Source: Bispira polyomma
Taxonomy: Eukaryota
Length of the DNA stretch: 64,000 nt
Reading direction: 5' to 3'
NCBI GenBank assembly: GCA_965649765.1
Contig: OZ287753.1
Coordinates: 68,262,001-68,326,000 of the forward strand
Shown here: in pieces, positions 12,866 to 26,656 of the stretch
How the letters are laid out: each line of letters starts with the position of its first letter
Numbering within the stretch: position 1 is the first letter of the stretch
Program-made: the position numbers and the translations under genes
The notes under the pieces: model-generated
What the model was told of the DNA's origin: nothing
Seen by the model: only the letters and a program-made list of their open reading frames with translations
The model's database searches: none

Positions 12866-13230
12866 CAAATGTAAATGTAAATAGGTGTATGTTTAAAGTC
12901 TAATATCACCTATATTAAGGTCTCAGCCGACTTTACACCCCCAAGCCTGGGTAGTTCCACTTGTCAACCAATTTCTTCAGTCTTAGCTCCCTCAGAAAGC
13001 ATACTAGACATGCTGCCACATGCGGCACGCAAAGACTAACACCTTTTAGCAGCCAGGTACCCATTTGTACACTTGGGTAGAGAGGGACAACTTTTTGTGT
13101 AAAGCACCTTGTCTAAGGGTACAAAATCACCAGGCCTACAGCGAGAATCGAACAGGGGCTCTCAAGATCCCTCAGATCCGGTCACAGAGACCGTCAACAG
13201 CTGCACATTTTGACTGAAGTGGTCTCCCCT
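12866..13230 (-). mobile_element. CORE-SINE with (TTTACA)n tail
   Basis: Reverse complement has a GTTCGATTC B box, a CORE-like CCCTTAGACAAGGTGCTTTACAC..ACCCAAGTGTACAAATGGGTACC, and an L2-like TGTAAAGTCG..TGAG tail. Confidence 0.8.
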
Positions 13231-13500
13231 GGTCTAATGGCTCAGGAGTTGGTCTGATCATCAGAAGATCCCTGGTTCATTTAGTCTGGTGATTGGAACG
13301 TCCCCAGTTTGACTATTGCTAATGCTGCTAGGTTCATTGGTGGGGAAACATACTTTGGTAACATCTGAACATGCCATTACCTACTGATGCCAACCCAGAC
13401 TATATTGTAGGACACATGATTAGTTAATTGATTCGGTTGTTGCGATTTGGAAGACACCTTGCATCAATAAAGCGTGTTAAGAATTTATAATACAATACAA
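13231..13500 (+). mobile_element. SINE family C
   Basis: TGGTCTAATGG A box, family C body, tail GTTGCGATTTGGAAGACACCTTGCATCAATAAAGCGTGTTAA plus (TACAA)n. Confidence 0.8.
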
Positions 13501-14109
13501 GTTCACCTTTGCCCATACCTGCATATACAAAGAACCACTCCATCTGTGTAAAACCTTTAAGCAAAAGTACAGTTTCATGACTTCATAATTCCTAAGTATA
13601 TCTACTTGGCGTTAATTTGTCATTTTTTGTTATTTTTTATATGTTAAATAATAATACAAATTACATTGAGAATTAAATTTGTTTTCTAGTATCTAAAGCC
13701 AGTAGCCAAAGATTGCTACTCAAAGCAATACCTAGCAGACGACTTCACCCTATTGTGTAGTCATGTAACCGCAAAATGTATCATTCTTTTGAAAAGTGTC
13801 TAAAAGTTTGTCCATATTTCTACATGTTTACAACACTCTTGTAAACATTACACACAAATATGGAGTGTTGCGCAAGCTTTACAATTTCCTGGTCCACTTT
13901 CTGCAAACCTTATTATGACATATATGATGTATATGTTGGAATAGAGAAGTTGTATATGACTCACTTGTTGCATCAATTTAAACTTTGGTGGTTTGGTGTG
14001 AATAGTTCAAGCACAGCAAGATACTTCTTAAATGTCAAATCACATTCAAAACAGATATTAGTGATATACATTTCATGATTTCAGCAGTAATTGCAGCCTT
14101 TATTTTAAC

Positions 14110-14320
14110 ATTGTGGCTCAGTAACAGACTCACTTTAGAACTCAGAGGGCCTGGGTTTGATCCATGTCTGAGGCAACAACGTACAGGTATGTATATATAT
14201 ATACACTGGCTTAAATGACCGCTTTAAAACATAGCAGTCTTCTGTCAATAAGCTTTAATACCCCAGTTACAGGTCAAAGAAGCTTGCGAATGCTGACAAA
14301 TGGTTCTTAAGCTTTTGTCT
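14110..14320 (+). mobile_element. Old tRNA-derived SINE family E (possibly Meta-like)
   Basis: GTGGCTCAGT..GGGTTTGATCC head. CTGTCA..CCCCAGT..CAGG..AAAGAA core shared with 19560-19640 and the reverse complement of 54700-54770. Confidence 0.5.
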
Positions 14321-15889
14321 TTAGTTAGGGGAATGATAGTTATTGGTGCCGGTTGGATGTACTTGGAAAGTTAAATTAGTGTTTTGAATAGCACATAATG
14401 GCAAACAAATGTCCCAAATATGAATTCAGAATACAATACAATAGCCTTCTACAAGGCTACAGATATAGTTTTTTATTTGATATCCTAGTCTATGGTCTCT
14501 CAGCACCACACTCCTTTTCGTGCCCAAGGGTGGGGCAGGAGGGGGGTAGGGTTAAACACAGCGTCAGCTCACACATATATACACGACCCTACAAAACATA
14601 TGACAAGGCCTCAGACTAAGCTACTTACTCCATGATACAACTGAACTAAAGTCAGGACATCATAGACATCCCCAAAGCATTAGACTCTATTGCAACAAGG
14701 GCCTCACACCTCTTTGTATGATTAGATGGGCCTGCCTCAAATCGAGCTTGGAAATATGCAGTATATAGACAGAACATTCATATAATTGGACATAACTAAA
14801 CCATATCGGGACAATATAGACAGTACTAAAGTCTTTGATATTATTGCAAAGAGTGGATAATACATCTTGGTATGGATCGACGTGTTTCCATTCACATATC
14901 GAGTACTCTTTCTACACATATAACATTCTATAGAAGTTAAACGTAGATAATTGTATGGTATATCATATTATTGTACGGTTATTGTTTTTCAGTTCTTATC
15001 TTTCTTTTATCTAGTACAACCTTAGGACCCCAAAAAGACATTTAACTTGTCTTGGGTCCATTAAAAAAGTAGGAAAGTTGGCAATAAACTTGCTGAAGGC
15101 TGGTCTTTTGCATAACAGAATTTTATTATCTACTATCCTTTCCTGGTTTTATCCACTGCCCATCGTGTGTGTAATATGATATAAATATGTTGGAAGCGAA
15201 TTTTTTAACCTAAACCAAAAACTTAAATTAAAGTGCCCACACATACCACACACCTTTGTCAGGTAGTGTAGTCTCATCTAATGCCACGCGTCAACCGTGC
15301 CAAGTCTATAGAAGAGTGTTGACCCTTGGTAGAGAGGTGAGAAGTGGGTTGTTGTTGTTTTTTTGCTTCTGCCAAGGGGTTTTAGCTCTACACAAGCAAG
15401 GATATTGTCTAGAACCAACCAACTGTACAGGCCACATCTCAACTTGATGTATCATATAAATCTTGAAGTGGTGAAAACTGAGAGGAAGATTGGGGGGAGT
15501 CCGGGTGTGTTGGTATATAGTAAATAGGTTTGCATTATATAAATTACAACAGAACTGCTTCAATAGCCTTGCCAAAAGACTCCACTTTCTTATTAAGTAA
15601 TAGAGTCCTGAGAATTCTAGTCACAAAGTTCTCCTAAAATTAGGTACTATTCTATTACCTTTAGTAGATCCACAGAAAGCATTGCACCATTGTTTCAAAC
15701 AGCATTTCACTAAGAAGTAAGGACCTACTAAATTTCATAGATAGTAGTCACTCTATTGTTTCTATTGTAACACCCAGTATAATGTTTGGTCGGATACTAT
15801 TAATTCATAGTCTTTGTGAAACAGGCCAGGTTATCTAAATGTACAGCTAGATAACGGAATACACTCTTTTATTTTTCACCTTCTTAGAT

Positions 15890-16395
15890 CCAAGTGGTAT
15901 TTTCGAAAACTACTTACTTACCTTGTAGATAAAAAGTTATTTTGAATTCAAGTAAACTAAAGTGCTAACTTTTTAGTAAAGAGTTACAGCAGGAAAAATG
16001 AAAATTCATTGAAATAGAAAGTTTCAACCATATCGAGAAATGTATTTTTAGTCTTTGTATTTTATCCTTATCTACCATGCAGAAACTCATTATGATTGGA
16101 TCAGTCCTCCCTGTGCGAATACTTGTCCCAGCACCAGTATCTATTTACAAAGTCAAACTGCCCTCATATACTAGACTAAGATAAGACCTTCATAAGAGGA
16201 AGGTTAGATCTAGGTGAAATCTTAAGTTACTGTATTTTCGAGAATAGCATTTTACTCACTTGCATGTATACTGATTCCCATACAAAAACAATAACAGTAT
16301 ACCATACAGGATTTTCACTAAGTGGGATTCTTAGTGAAACTTAAACACTTAGAGTAATAGAATAATTTTCCACTTTGTCGAAAACACCACCCTAG
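15890..16395. mobile_element. Degenerate TIR element (MITE-like)
   Basis: GTGGTATTTTCGAAAA versus reverse-complemented end GTGGTGTTTTCGACAA (14/16). A similar terminus lies at 808-830. Confidence 0.45.
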
Positions 16396-17337
16396 GGTCT
16401 TAGACAAGGCTAGTGTGTGTGTGTTTTAATTTTAAAGATAACACCATTGTTTAGGTAGTCATGAATGAAAACCGAGATTTAGATACTGTTTGTATATGTA
16501 TGTAATAATGAGAGTAATATTTTTTTGCACTTGCTTGTGTATAACAGGTGAATCTGACCACCTTATATATATTTCCTATTTCTCAACCTCCTTCTTGACT
16601 TTCACTGAGGGGAATGTCTTACCAATAGCAATCTGTGTTAATATTCCATAAAATACACTGACATCTACCAAAGCTTTTGATATATCTCTCTTAAGGAGAA
16701 AGTATAAGTGTATAAATAGCAAGGATATATGTATGAGAGATAATATAAGAATATACACACACCAAAGTGACACCTAGCGAAGATGTTGGTGGTTACAAAA
16801 ATAAAAGAAACACAGAAATAAGGCCCACCTTTGTAAGATATCACCACAGTGTTTAACATTGGTGGTAATGGTCTATTAATATAAAGATATTTGTATGACA
16901 TGTTTTGATTAAGAGTCCACGATCCCATATCGCATGGAAGATATTTCACCTAAAATTTCCAGAATGTGTGTTGTGTCATAACACTATAAAAACATATCTA
17001 TTTTCTAATTTTTACTTGGTATCCATGCTTTCTGGTTTACAAAATTGCTAATTGCCCTTTTTTTACAGAACAGTACAGTAGACATCACCACAGTAACTGG
17101 TTCAACTTTAAGTGAATAGGGAAGATTTAGGATGACCATTTATCAATCTCCATTATAGATTATTTAGCCTGTTACTGGAAATAGTGTAAACATACAATAT
17201 ACCGCAATCTAGAACACAACTCCGGAGGAAAAATTACTTCAAACAATTCCTTAAAGTTTGCCAAACCCCAGTGTTGTTATCTAGGGTTTTGTCATCCAGG
17301 CTCATGTATCACAAAGCTTGACTAAATACCTTGCTTT

Positions 17338-17530
17338 CGCTTTCAACAGCTTAGGTTATATCACGATGACTGAATTTATTGGTGGAAGAAACCAGTGCTG
17401 AAGCCATTGTAAACCATCGGTCTACGACAAGTACAAGACAAACTTTTACACATCTTAACAAACAGGATTCGAACCAACATTGATGAGAAGTCAGTGATTG
17501 TGAAACAGGCTACTTCTAACCATTGGACAA
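17338..17530 (-). mobile_element. SINE family B, older sister of A
   Basis: Reverse complement has TTCACAATCACTG..GGTTCGAATCC in the head and the tail GATATAACCTAAGCTGTTGAAAGCG. Its A box is hit by SINE A copy 3. Confidence 0.8.
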
Positions 17531-17780
17531 GGGGCCGCGGTGGCCTAGTGGTTAGCAAGCATTGTGCTTCACAATCACTGGTCTCTCACCTCTTGGTGGC
17601 GTGAGTTCGAATTCCGTCGATGCCTATGTGGGAAAGTGGTAATTCCTTACTGTGGGCCGCTGGTTTCAGTGCAGAACCTTGACCGACTGTATGCAGTGTT
17701 TCCTCCAGCGTTTCCAATTACCTGTCCCAATATAACCTACTAAAAGGTACTAGAGTGGACGTTAAATATCCCAATTCAAA
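17531..17780 (+). mobile_element. SINE family A, copy 3
   Basis: Full length. Degenerate 17-bp TSD at 17514-17530 and 17781-17797 (14/17). Confidence 0.93.
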
Positions 17781-18785
17781 TTCTAGCCATTAGGCAACGC
17801 TTCTAATTACCTTTATTCTACAAAGTACTATACTTAGTGTTACTATGGCAAATAGTATGGCACCATAATTTATTTCCTATGAAATGTAAAAAGGCTTCTA
17901 GTTTACCAGCACTCTCAATAGCTCCACTAAAGTGCAGGACTTAATAGGATCACACATAGTGATATAAGGAGGAATCAATATTGACAAAGTCACTTTTTTT
18001 TAGCTAAAAGATAAGCTTTATGTTAGCTTAAAGCCAGTATTCCAGACATTGATTTAGTATGACAAACTTTGGCTTCTGCATCCAGTGTATGTGGTACTAT
18101 GTCATCATAGGCCTGGGTTATTCTGATAGGAAATCCAATTGACACATTATAAGTGGTCTTTCTCTTGGGATAGAACCCCCGGTCCTCTCCTGCCCTTCCA
18201 AAGGTCAAATGATTACCAACTAGATCAGTGGTTGGTATGCCCAGCAATAAGCTGGACTTGTTCATGTTTAAAAGAACTTATAAAATAAAAGTAACTGAAC
18301 ATCTGATTTTACAGACTGAGTACACGATAAAGTAAAATGGTTTGTGCTAATAGGTCAGAACTCAGTCAGTATGCATTTTGAATAGTTTATATTGAAATCA
18401 TATTCAAAACATATTAATTCTTTGCTAGAAGTAGGAAATGGGAGATTGTAAGACTGCATGACTTTGTTTTGGGTTAAATAAATATTTATGAGTGAGTTAG
18501 TCTACTTAGTACAGTTTTAAACTATTCTGACATGAATCCATATTTATATAGCATCTAGCATAAACTGGACAGAAGTTGTTAGCCTACAAAAAAAAAACAG
18601 ACAGATTATACAGAGTCAAAATCCCCCCCCCCCCCCCCCCACATACACACACAACATGTTTCAACTTGTATAAGTCATACCCATCTCTCTCTGGGGCCTG
18701 GGGAATGTAAAGCAACAGGACCAAATTCTGATCATGTTTAAGATTGGTAGACAGGATTTGATCATTGGCCCCAGCATGTATGTCG

Positions 18786-19080
18786 AAACATTGACAGTAC
18801 ACTTGCTGAACACTGTTGGTTTGCAATGCAAAAAAAAACCCTGTAACATAGACAGTATACTTTGCTGAAGACTGTTGCTTTGCAGTGAAAAATACTTTAA
18901 AAACATTGACAGTATACCTGCTGAAGACCGTTGCTGTGCAGTAAAAAAAAAATACCTTTAAATATTGAAAGTATACCTGCTGAAAACTGTTAGTTTGTAG
19001 TGCAAAAAAAAAACCCTTTAAAACATTGACAGTATACTTGCTGAAGACCGTTGGTTTGCAGTGCAAAATAACACATTGAC
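18786..19080. repeat. ~59-bp minisatellite, 5 units
   Basis: Unit AAACATTGACAGTATACTTGCTGAAGACCGTTGGTTTGCAGTGC(A)nCCCTTT. Confidence 0.92.
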
Positions 19081-19549
19081 CAGCTACCATGTAGTACTTT
19101 CCTTCACCAATAAATTTTCTACCGCAATGTTGTTAAAAGTGACATTAAACTGAAACATAAATAAATATCCCCTCTTCTATATGTTCCTTGTATGACCTCC
19201 ACACTTTCTGGTGGTATCATGTGAGTTTATACTGTACTACTAGGCCATAATGGCTCTAATTAAGATGTCTCAAGATTATAGATATCGCCTGGAAGCCTCT
19301 AAATAAATTCATGTGGAAGCCATTGTATAACCTATACTTGTGGCCATTTATATTATTTGGGATTTTAGCACTAAACTGAAATACGCAGTCAGATTTTACT
19401 TAGCTCCACTCCAGCCAGAGATATGGGGGGTTTCAGGTATCGACTTGAGTCTGAGTTAAGCTTGAAATTTTTGTTTTTGAGCTTTTAAAGAATATGCCTA
19501 AAGAGTTTAATCACAAACTTGAGTTGCCAAATTTAGGTGATACATATTG

Positions 19550-19680
19550 GCTTGGTTGACTTACTTAAAATGGTAGTGAGTCAACTGTCATTGGGTTCTA
19601 TCCCCAGTGGCAGGCTAAAGAACCTTGGGGACGTTGATAAATTGTCATCCTCAAACCTCTGTCTTCAGACCTAGGGAAAT
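19550..19680 (+). mobile_element. SINE family E fragment
   Basis: CTATCCCCAGTGGCAGGCTAAA is shared with the reverse complement of 54700-54730. Confidence 0.5.
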
Positions 19681-19688
19681 GACAGTTA

Positions 19689-19789
19689 GCTTATGCTTCC
19701 TTTCAGCATGTTTTTATCGGCCGACGTCGGATTGAATCGGACACCTTAAAATCGGCCGACATCGGAATGTGCTGAAAGGAAGCGTAGGC
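19689..19789. mobile_element. 101-bp PIF/Harbinger-like MITE
   Basis: TIR GCTTATGCTTCCTTTCAGCA / TGCTGAAAGGAAGCGTAGGC with TTA on both sides. Internal ATCGGCCGAC repeats. Confidence 0.8.
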
Positions 19790-21819
19790 TTACTGGTTGA
19801 CAGTGTATGTGCGCAATCAAAAAAAGGCAGTTCAGTGCTTTTAATACTGCAGATACTGCACTGAGTATACATAAAACTACAATACAAAATGTAGTCTGAG
19901 TGTCTGAATGTCAGACTACTAACTACTATACTTGTACAATCAAGACAAAATTTGTGCTTTTAATACCAGATAGCAAGAAGATACTTCACCTGAGTTAAAA
20001 AATATACTAAAAATACAATACAAAATGTAGTCTGAATAAGAGACTACACATGCTACATACTACAACTTTATGCAGGGAACTTCAAGGAAGTACAAAGGTT
20101 TCCCAGGTCATAGTTACCATTGCTCTAGTCCATCCATAAGACAACAATCATGACAGTGCCTTGATGCAAGAGTAAAATTGATCCGATGCTACATACATGT
20201 ACTTAGATTCATAACATGGTTTTATTATAGAACTGTGTTTGTTGTCTCAGACAAGGCCCACTTTGTTCGGCGTATATAACACAAGTTAACAATGGGATTT
20301 AAAGCTTTCTTTCGCTAATAGATTCAGACTTCTTGTCTTTTCGTTTTTTTGTACCATTTGAATGTTTTATTGACTAAATCTAACCACACCAAGACACGTG
20401 CTTTGTTGACACAGATGAGATACAAAAATACCCTGACAAGTAAAGGATATAGGTTTGTTTTTTTCAAAAAAGCAAATATTTACAGAAGGCACTAACTCGA
20501 TTACTCGCCAAACACCCCATTCATGGTATATGTTAAGAATAGATTATAATGTCTAGTCTGTTTACATAGTAGCAAACAATATTAAAACACTTATAAACGC
20601 ATGCTTATCCACCCCCAAACCCTCTCCCAAACCCAAAAAATACCTCACTGCAAGTACAGCCTTAAAATTCTGTTGCATATTATTTAGTTACTTTTTTGTG
20701 AATCATGGCATTTGACCCAAGTTGCACCAAATACAAAGATAATTGCACAAAGTAGCATAAATTATTTTCTTCGATTGGTGTTGTCTTATGGTGGGTGTTT
20801 TGGAATTGCAGATAGTTTAGCATTTCTTCAATTCTTGAGTGGTGCAGTGGTAGCACTCTCGTCTCCCGTCAAGAATGTTTGGGGTTCCCAAGTGTGTTTG
20901 TTGTTAAGCTGGGGGCAGACTTGCTGAAGTCTGTGTGCAGGTAGAATAGAAATCTTGCAAAAACTACACTGTTCTGACATTCTCCACCAATAATAAATTG
21001 CCTGTAAGAACAGCATACAAGTGTACTTAGAATGAAGTTGAATCCAAAACTGAAATAAAACCCAAACGTCCTCAATTTTTAAGACTAATTCCTGGCACTT
21101 TGAAAAGGCATCTCATGTAGTAATTTGGACACATTCTACCATAAAAAAAAAACATGATGTCCCCTAATCTCGTGGTGGTGTCGTTCACACATAATGTCAT
21201 ATAAGTTAACAGTAAATAAAACACAGTATGTCAGTGGTAAGGGGTGGTGAGTCATTAGATCACGTGACAGACACCCGTCATCTCTCAAGGCCAAACAATG
21301 CCATCATCGCACATACACACACACCTTCCCTGGGCCAGTGTGGACAGAGTTATGATGTGTTGCAGCTTAAGAAAAAGGGTGGCAAACGAGTTTATAGTGA
21401 TCTACCACAGAACATTTTAATTTAAAACTGAAATCAATCTAATGTACTAAACTCACTAAAGTGTTATAGATTATTCACATTTGGTGTTGGTTTTGAATCA
21501 ACTTTTCAAACATATGTATATGTACAGTTGTTATCAATGTAAAATCACCATCAGCAGAAATGTCGTCTGCATATCCATAAAAAAGTGGGAAATGGTTCTA
21601 ACTTAAAATGGGGGTCAGCACACTAATGACCCGTGTTAAGGGAAAAGTGAGGTGTTGGTTTGGCAGGGGGTCAGTTTCACAGGGGGGGATACGAATACGG
21701 GTCTGTGGGGTTGCTATGGGGGTAGGGGGTCGGGTGACATTACACTAGAGGTAATTGGGGAGTAGGGGGGGGGGGGGAGCCACAGATGGGTAGGACACAG
21801 GAAGGGAATGATTACCCTC

Positions 21820-21915
21820 GTGACTTCCGTTGACTGATAAGTTCAACCCCTTTGGTCAGCTATCACCCCACACGTGGGAGGGGCATCCTGTCAATCATGT
21901 GACGTCACCAATGGG
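21820..21915. promoter_or_regulatory. Dense promoter/enhancer motif cluster
   Basis: ETS ACTTCCG at 21823, E-box CACGTG at 21871, TALE decamer CTGTCAATCA at 21888-21897, CRE TGACGTCA at 21900-21907 and CCAAT at 21908-21912, next to G-rich tracts. Confidence 0.5.
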
Positions 21916-22881
21916 ACTCTGGAATATTTTCAAATTAAAGTTTTTATTTCTATTTACAGAAGTGTTGTTTTTTTCAGTTGTTTTTGTTGAGATTTTGACA
22001 AGTTAAGAATATACATATTCTTACATATCTGTCTATTCTTACTTTACAATTGAAATATAATTTGTTTTCTTTTTAAATGTGCAGACGCCACAGTCAGTGT
22101 ATAATATAGGATCTCTGTAGAATAGTGTATACTGACATGTTTTGGGGAAGTGTTGTAGTCTGTTTTACTGAAGTGCTTTGTGCTTTATTATAGCCCCCCA
22201 CCCCCCATGTGACTCAAATACAACATTAAATTGGTTAAAACATCATACAGATATGTATCACAAGGAGAATTGACAAAAAACAATTTTGGAGAACATTTGT
22301 GACAAAAAATGGCATGCTAATTATGAAGTCTACCATTTTATGCTTGACAATTGAAGTTTGTTTCTTATTTATTTTTTTGTGTGTGAGCCAATTATATTGT
22401 ATGGAAACAGGAGGAGGGGAGAAAAAACGGGTACTTAAGTTTAATTGAATTGTAAAAATCACGCCAAAAAGCCTCTGTCAATTGCCCAATTCCAAGTGTG
22501 AAAAAATATCAAGCCATTGGCCCCACAGTTCTAAAACTGCGGACGTGTTAATGACTTAAATTACCCGAGTGGTCTGGTATTTGTAAATAGGAAAATTGCA
22601 TCCAGCACGCTAGCTTTTCAAAATTAGGGGGGAATCAGATACTTAGGGTCTTGTCAAAGTCCCCTCAAAATACGCGTGGTAAGTCATGATTATATAACGC
22701 AACCCCGACAATGTGATTGTGAGGGGCGATTTCAATGTATCAGCCCAGCATAAAACGCCAATTTTGTTAGACATTAACCTTATCCAACCTCACTTAGAAT
22801 ATTCCCTTTTAAGTTGAATTCTTTTCAGATTAGTATTACATAGTATCTTGTACGTCGCTTAATCTCAGTGTATGTTAATAA

Positions 22882-23511
22882 TGTCCTGGTCACGCCTACA
22901 TGTTCTAGAGCTACGTTTGTGTCACGTTGTGTGAATTTGGGAAACGTTTTGAAACATAGTAGGAAGTGAGGATCCCTTCTGTGATTGTTTCTTTACGTTT
23001 TGGTAGGTTTTACGACGGATGATATCGTTCCGGAAACGTCTCCGTTTCGTCTTTTTCAAACTGTTTGAAACACTACAGAAACAGCTCCCGTTTCTCTCCG
23101 TTTCTCCCCGTTTCTCTGTTCGTCCCTGAACGTTTTCGAAAGTAGCATAGACGTATCAGTAAGTTGCTTTATGTAGTAGTAGGTAACGAGGGAGTCCCAG
23201 TAAGTAGTGAGACCATCTCCGTTAGCCAAGAAAGTTTCACTAAGTAGCGGAAGGCAGCAGAACGCAGCCGTAAGTAACAGTACATTACTTCTATGTAGTA
23301 GTAGGTAATGATATCCTACCAGTAAAGGGTCCGTTTTTTGTTCCCTCTTCGTGTGTACAAGTACTAACATCGTCACGAAACGTCACAAAACGTCACAATC
23401 GACTACCCCTTTATGGAAATGACGTCACTTTGATACAATACTACCACGTTTTCAGTGTATATTGCTTAGGTACGTTGGGGAACGTTAGCACGTGTAGGTG
23501 TGACCAGGCCA
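22882..23511. mobile_element. 630-bp PIF/Harbinger-like MITE
   Basis: ~26-bp TIR TGTCCTGGTCACGCCTACATGTTCTA versus reverse complement TGGCCTGGTCACACCTACACGTGCTA. TAA TSD. AACGT-rich interior. Confidence 0.88.
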
Positions 23512-26500
23512 TAATAAACAAATAAATTTGAAGGTTTATTTAATGAACAACATTAAACAACCACAAAATCTAATTCCTTTAAGAATTATATTTTCATAGG
23601 CAATCTGAAGTAAGAAAACCCCAACCCTGATGGCATGCGGTAATTGTGATGTAAGACGAAATTAGATTCTGTTCTAGATGTATATATTTTACAAATCAAA
23701 CTCAGCTATATGGGTATCATTATACATAGAACTAGTAATCTAACTGATACTGATTATCTTATCTATATACAACCTGTATATATATATATAGCATCACATG
23801 TTGTCAGAAAATTCTAAATTACCATGTTAGGAACCCCATTTACTTTGACTGTAAGTATGTGCTTCTGTCTTTTAATACATCTATGATTTAAGACTTATAT
23901 CAACTTGTTTTGATTTGAGACTCATTTTACTTTTTATCTTTTATTAGTGTAGATTCTACTTTGTGCACACATTTTGTCATGTTAACTTTCACCCAAGTAT
24001 ATTCAATGAGATGTTTCTAACTTTTAATTTAGTTTATCTTTTTGTTTGTGGTTGATACAGTATCTGATCAATAACGCAGATCAAACTTCTATCCAGGAAA
24101 ATTATTTATGCATGTTTTCACTTTTTTTCTATGGTGTCAAACGCCTCTCCATATATTGAAATAACTGGTATAAAGCATATTAATATTCTCAAATAGATTC
24201 AAGTCACACATGTATCTGCAACAAGAGTACTGCCAAAGAAATTATCATGTTAATCATCAAAACTAGTCAAGAGTTGTATGTTGTCTAGATCAAATATGTA
24301 CTTATTTAATTTCAAAAAACAAAACAATAATAAGGTATTTCTGACACTGTACTCTCGGTGTACATCAGAGTGTTTTGGACTGTTTGGAGCGTCACTATAT
24401 TCACTTTACTAATACTGTACAGCAAAGAGTTGCAATAGTCTAACCGACTAATAACCATGGCATTAGCCACCTGGACTGCAGTTTCAAGACTGATATATCC
24501 AAGTATTCTGTGCAGATCTCGCAGATGGTAGTAACAGGCCTGGTAGGCATTGGCTACATGACTACTGCATTAGTAGTCTTGGTCAAAGATTAGACCAAGG
24601 TTCTTTACTTTACTTGCTGGTAACATATTGCTGTCAAAGAGACGGAATCTCAAGACAAGTTAATAGTTTTACTGGGAATTAAGTTTCACTATTCGCACCT
24701 ATTAGCTAAAATAGTTAATATGTCTATGTATCCTAGGGATAAATAAAGTGTTCCAGTAGGGATACTTACAGAATTGGCCAAAGTGAAGTATCCCTAGACG
24801 TTTCTTGAAGGATTTAAATCTCAAAAAGTGAAAATAAAATTCGAATTCAGTAGTTAAACACTTGGTAATACCACCCAGATACAAGATATTTTTTTTAATA
24901 TTTAAAAATCACAATAACATAACAGAATATTCACAATAACATAACAGAATAATTTTTTTGATGTCAAAATATGTACAGTTGGGCCACAGTGCAGATCAAC
25001 CTGTAATATTTTACTATGTTTTGTGTGTTTTAAATGTAGCTATGAAAAGACCACCTTAGGTAAAAGGGCCCTACTGTTTATTGTTTATTAGAACAAACAA
25101 ACAAAGCAAAAAAAGGGAAATAACTAATATATACTGCCTGGATCAATCCATTATCTCAACAAGTTGTGGTAAACTCTGTCAAATGCTTGTTCAAACTAAC
25201 TCTTATGACTTGTTACATTTGGTCATCATCCATAATACGATAAATTGCCACTGTTTCTCTGGAGCAGTATTTGAGTAAATTACTTTAATTGTAAAATGAT
25301 GACCCATTATGATTAAGATTTACAAATCTATATCTGTGAAATAAACCAGCAAACATTGTTGGTCATGTTATTTTACACCTACACCTCAAACTCTTTATGG
25401 AAGTCAACCAAAGTGTGGCTGGCTTTAAAACCAGAAATATTATCACTTCATTAAAAACCCAGGCACGGGTGGACATGGGTAGTAATTTACCCCCAACTGT
25501 TAACCCCTGGGGGTTTTAGGACATTCAGAATGGTGGTAAATGAGGAGAGGGTGCCCCGTGTTTGTTCCTTAAGGTACCAACCCCCTATTTTCTTCTAATT
25601 AATGAGCTCTATTAAAACCCTTCATTCACCCAAGTGTCATCTGTAATGATATTTTGATAAGATAATATTCCTCTATCATACATTCTTACTTTTCCTCTTT
25701 TCAATTTCAGAGATCCTAAGTTTAAGCATATAGGTACTGCGTAGTTTTATATATCAAAATTATATGTAATGTCAAATGTTTTGTACTTTTTAAAGTTTTA
25801 AACACCTTGTGTATTGTTCCTTTATTGGGGGGGAAGAGACAGGGGCAAAGCGTGGAATCTCATGTATAGAGACAATTCGAAAGCATTTCAGGTATTTGGT
25901 ATGACATCTGTGGGTTGTTGTTTTTTTTGTTATATTTTTTTTTTTATTTAATTTTATTTACATGTAGGATACATCTTAATCTTATATCATATTTTGCACA
26001 GTTATGACTAGTGTTATTAAAGTAACTAACCCATGTATTCCTAACAACTTGTTTAGTTTAGGATCATTACTATGATAGAGTGGATGTTTTTTTATTGTTC
26101 ATTATAGCTTATATTTATCAAAACAAATCTTTTTTTCTGTTTTTGAATAGTGATCTTTAGAATTATAATTTAAAACAACAATACTTTTGATTATGTACTA
26201 TAAACAACCCCGAAATATGAATACAGTAAAGTCATCTTAGGGTAACCTGTTTTAAACTACAATGAAAGGAAAAGGAGGGGTAGATTCACTCCAGTATCAA
26301 CATAATCTGTTGAACATCCTAACTTGTACAGTACAGAGTTCATGTCTGTAAGTATATTATTCATAAGTGAGCGATATTATAGTATTGATATGAGTTATCG
26401 TATTTTTTATCTTTTTTTTTTCAAAAAAATATCCCCACCTCACGCCAACATCCATTATTTACAGACAGGTGAATTACTGACTAGTATTAATATTCAGCTA

Positions 26501-26641
26501 AACATTATACCCACAAGAACAAATGGCATAACTGTATGTAAGGCCCACCTAGGGGCATGGGTGGGGGAGGGGGTGTACTGACTATCTATCATGTACCTCC
26601 TGGTTTCCCACTGAGAACACTTGTGACAGGCTATGTTTTAC

Positions 26642-26656
26642 TCGCTAGGGGGCGCT
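26642..26656 (+). promoter_or_regulatory. CTCF-like motif
   Basis: TCGCTAGGGGGCGCT matches the CTCF core. Confidence 0.35.

Noticed and set aside
18860-18895. Hammerhead-like CTGAAGA..GAAA in minisatellite unit 2
   Set aside because: The stem II register leaves no A9, the other units read GCAAA or GTAAA, and there is no stem III or cleavage triplet.
18786-19080. CRISPR-like array
   Set aside because: No unique spacers, eukaryotic context and no cas genes.
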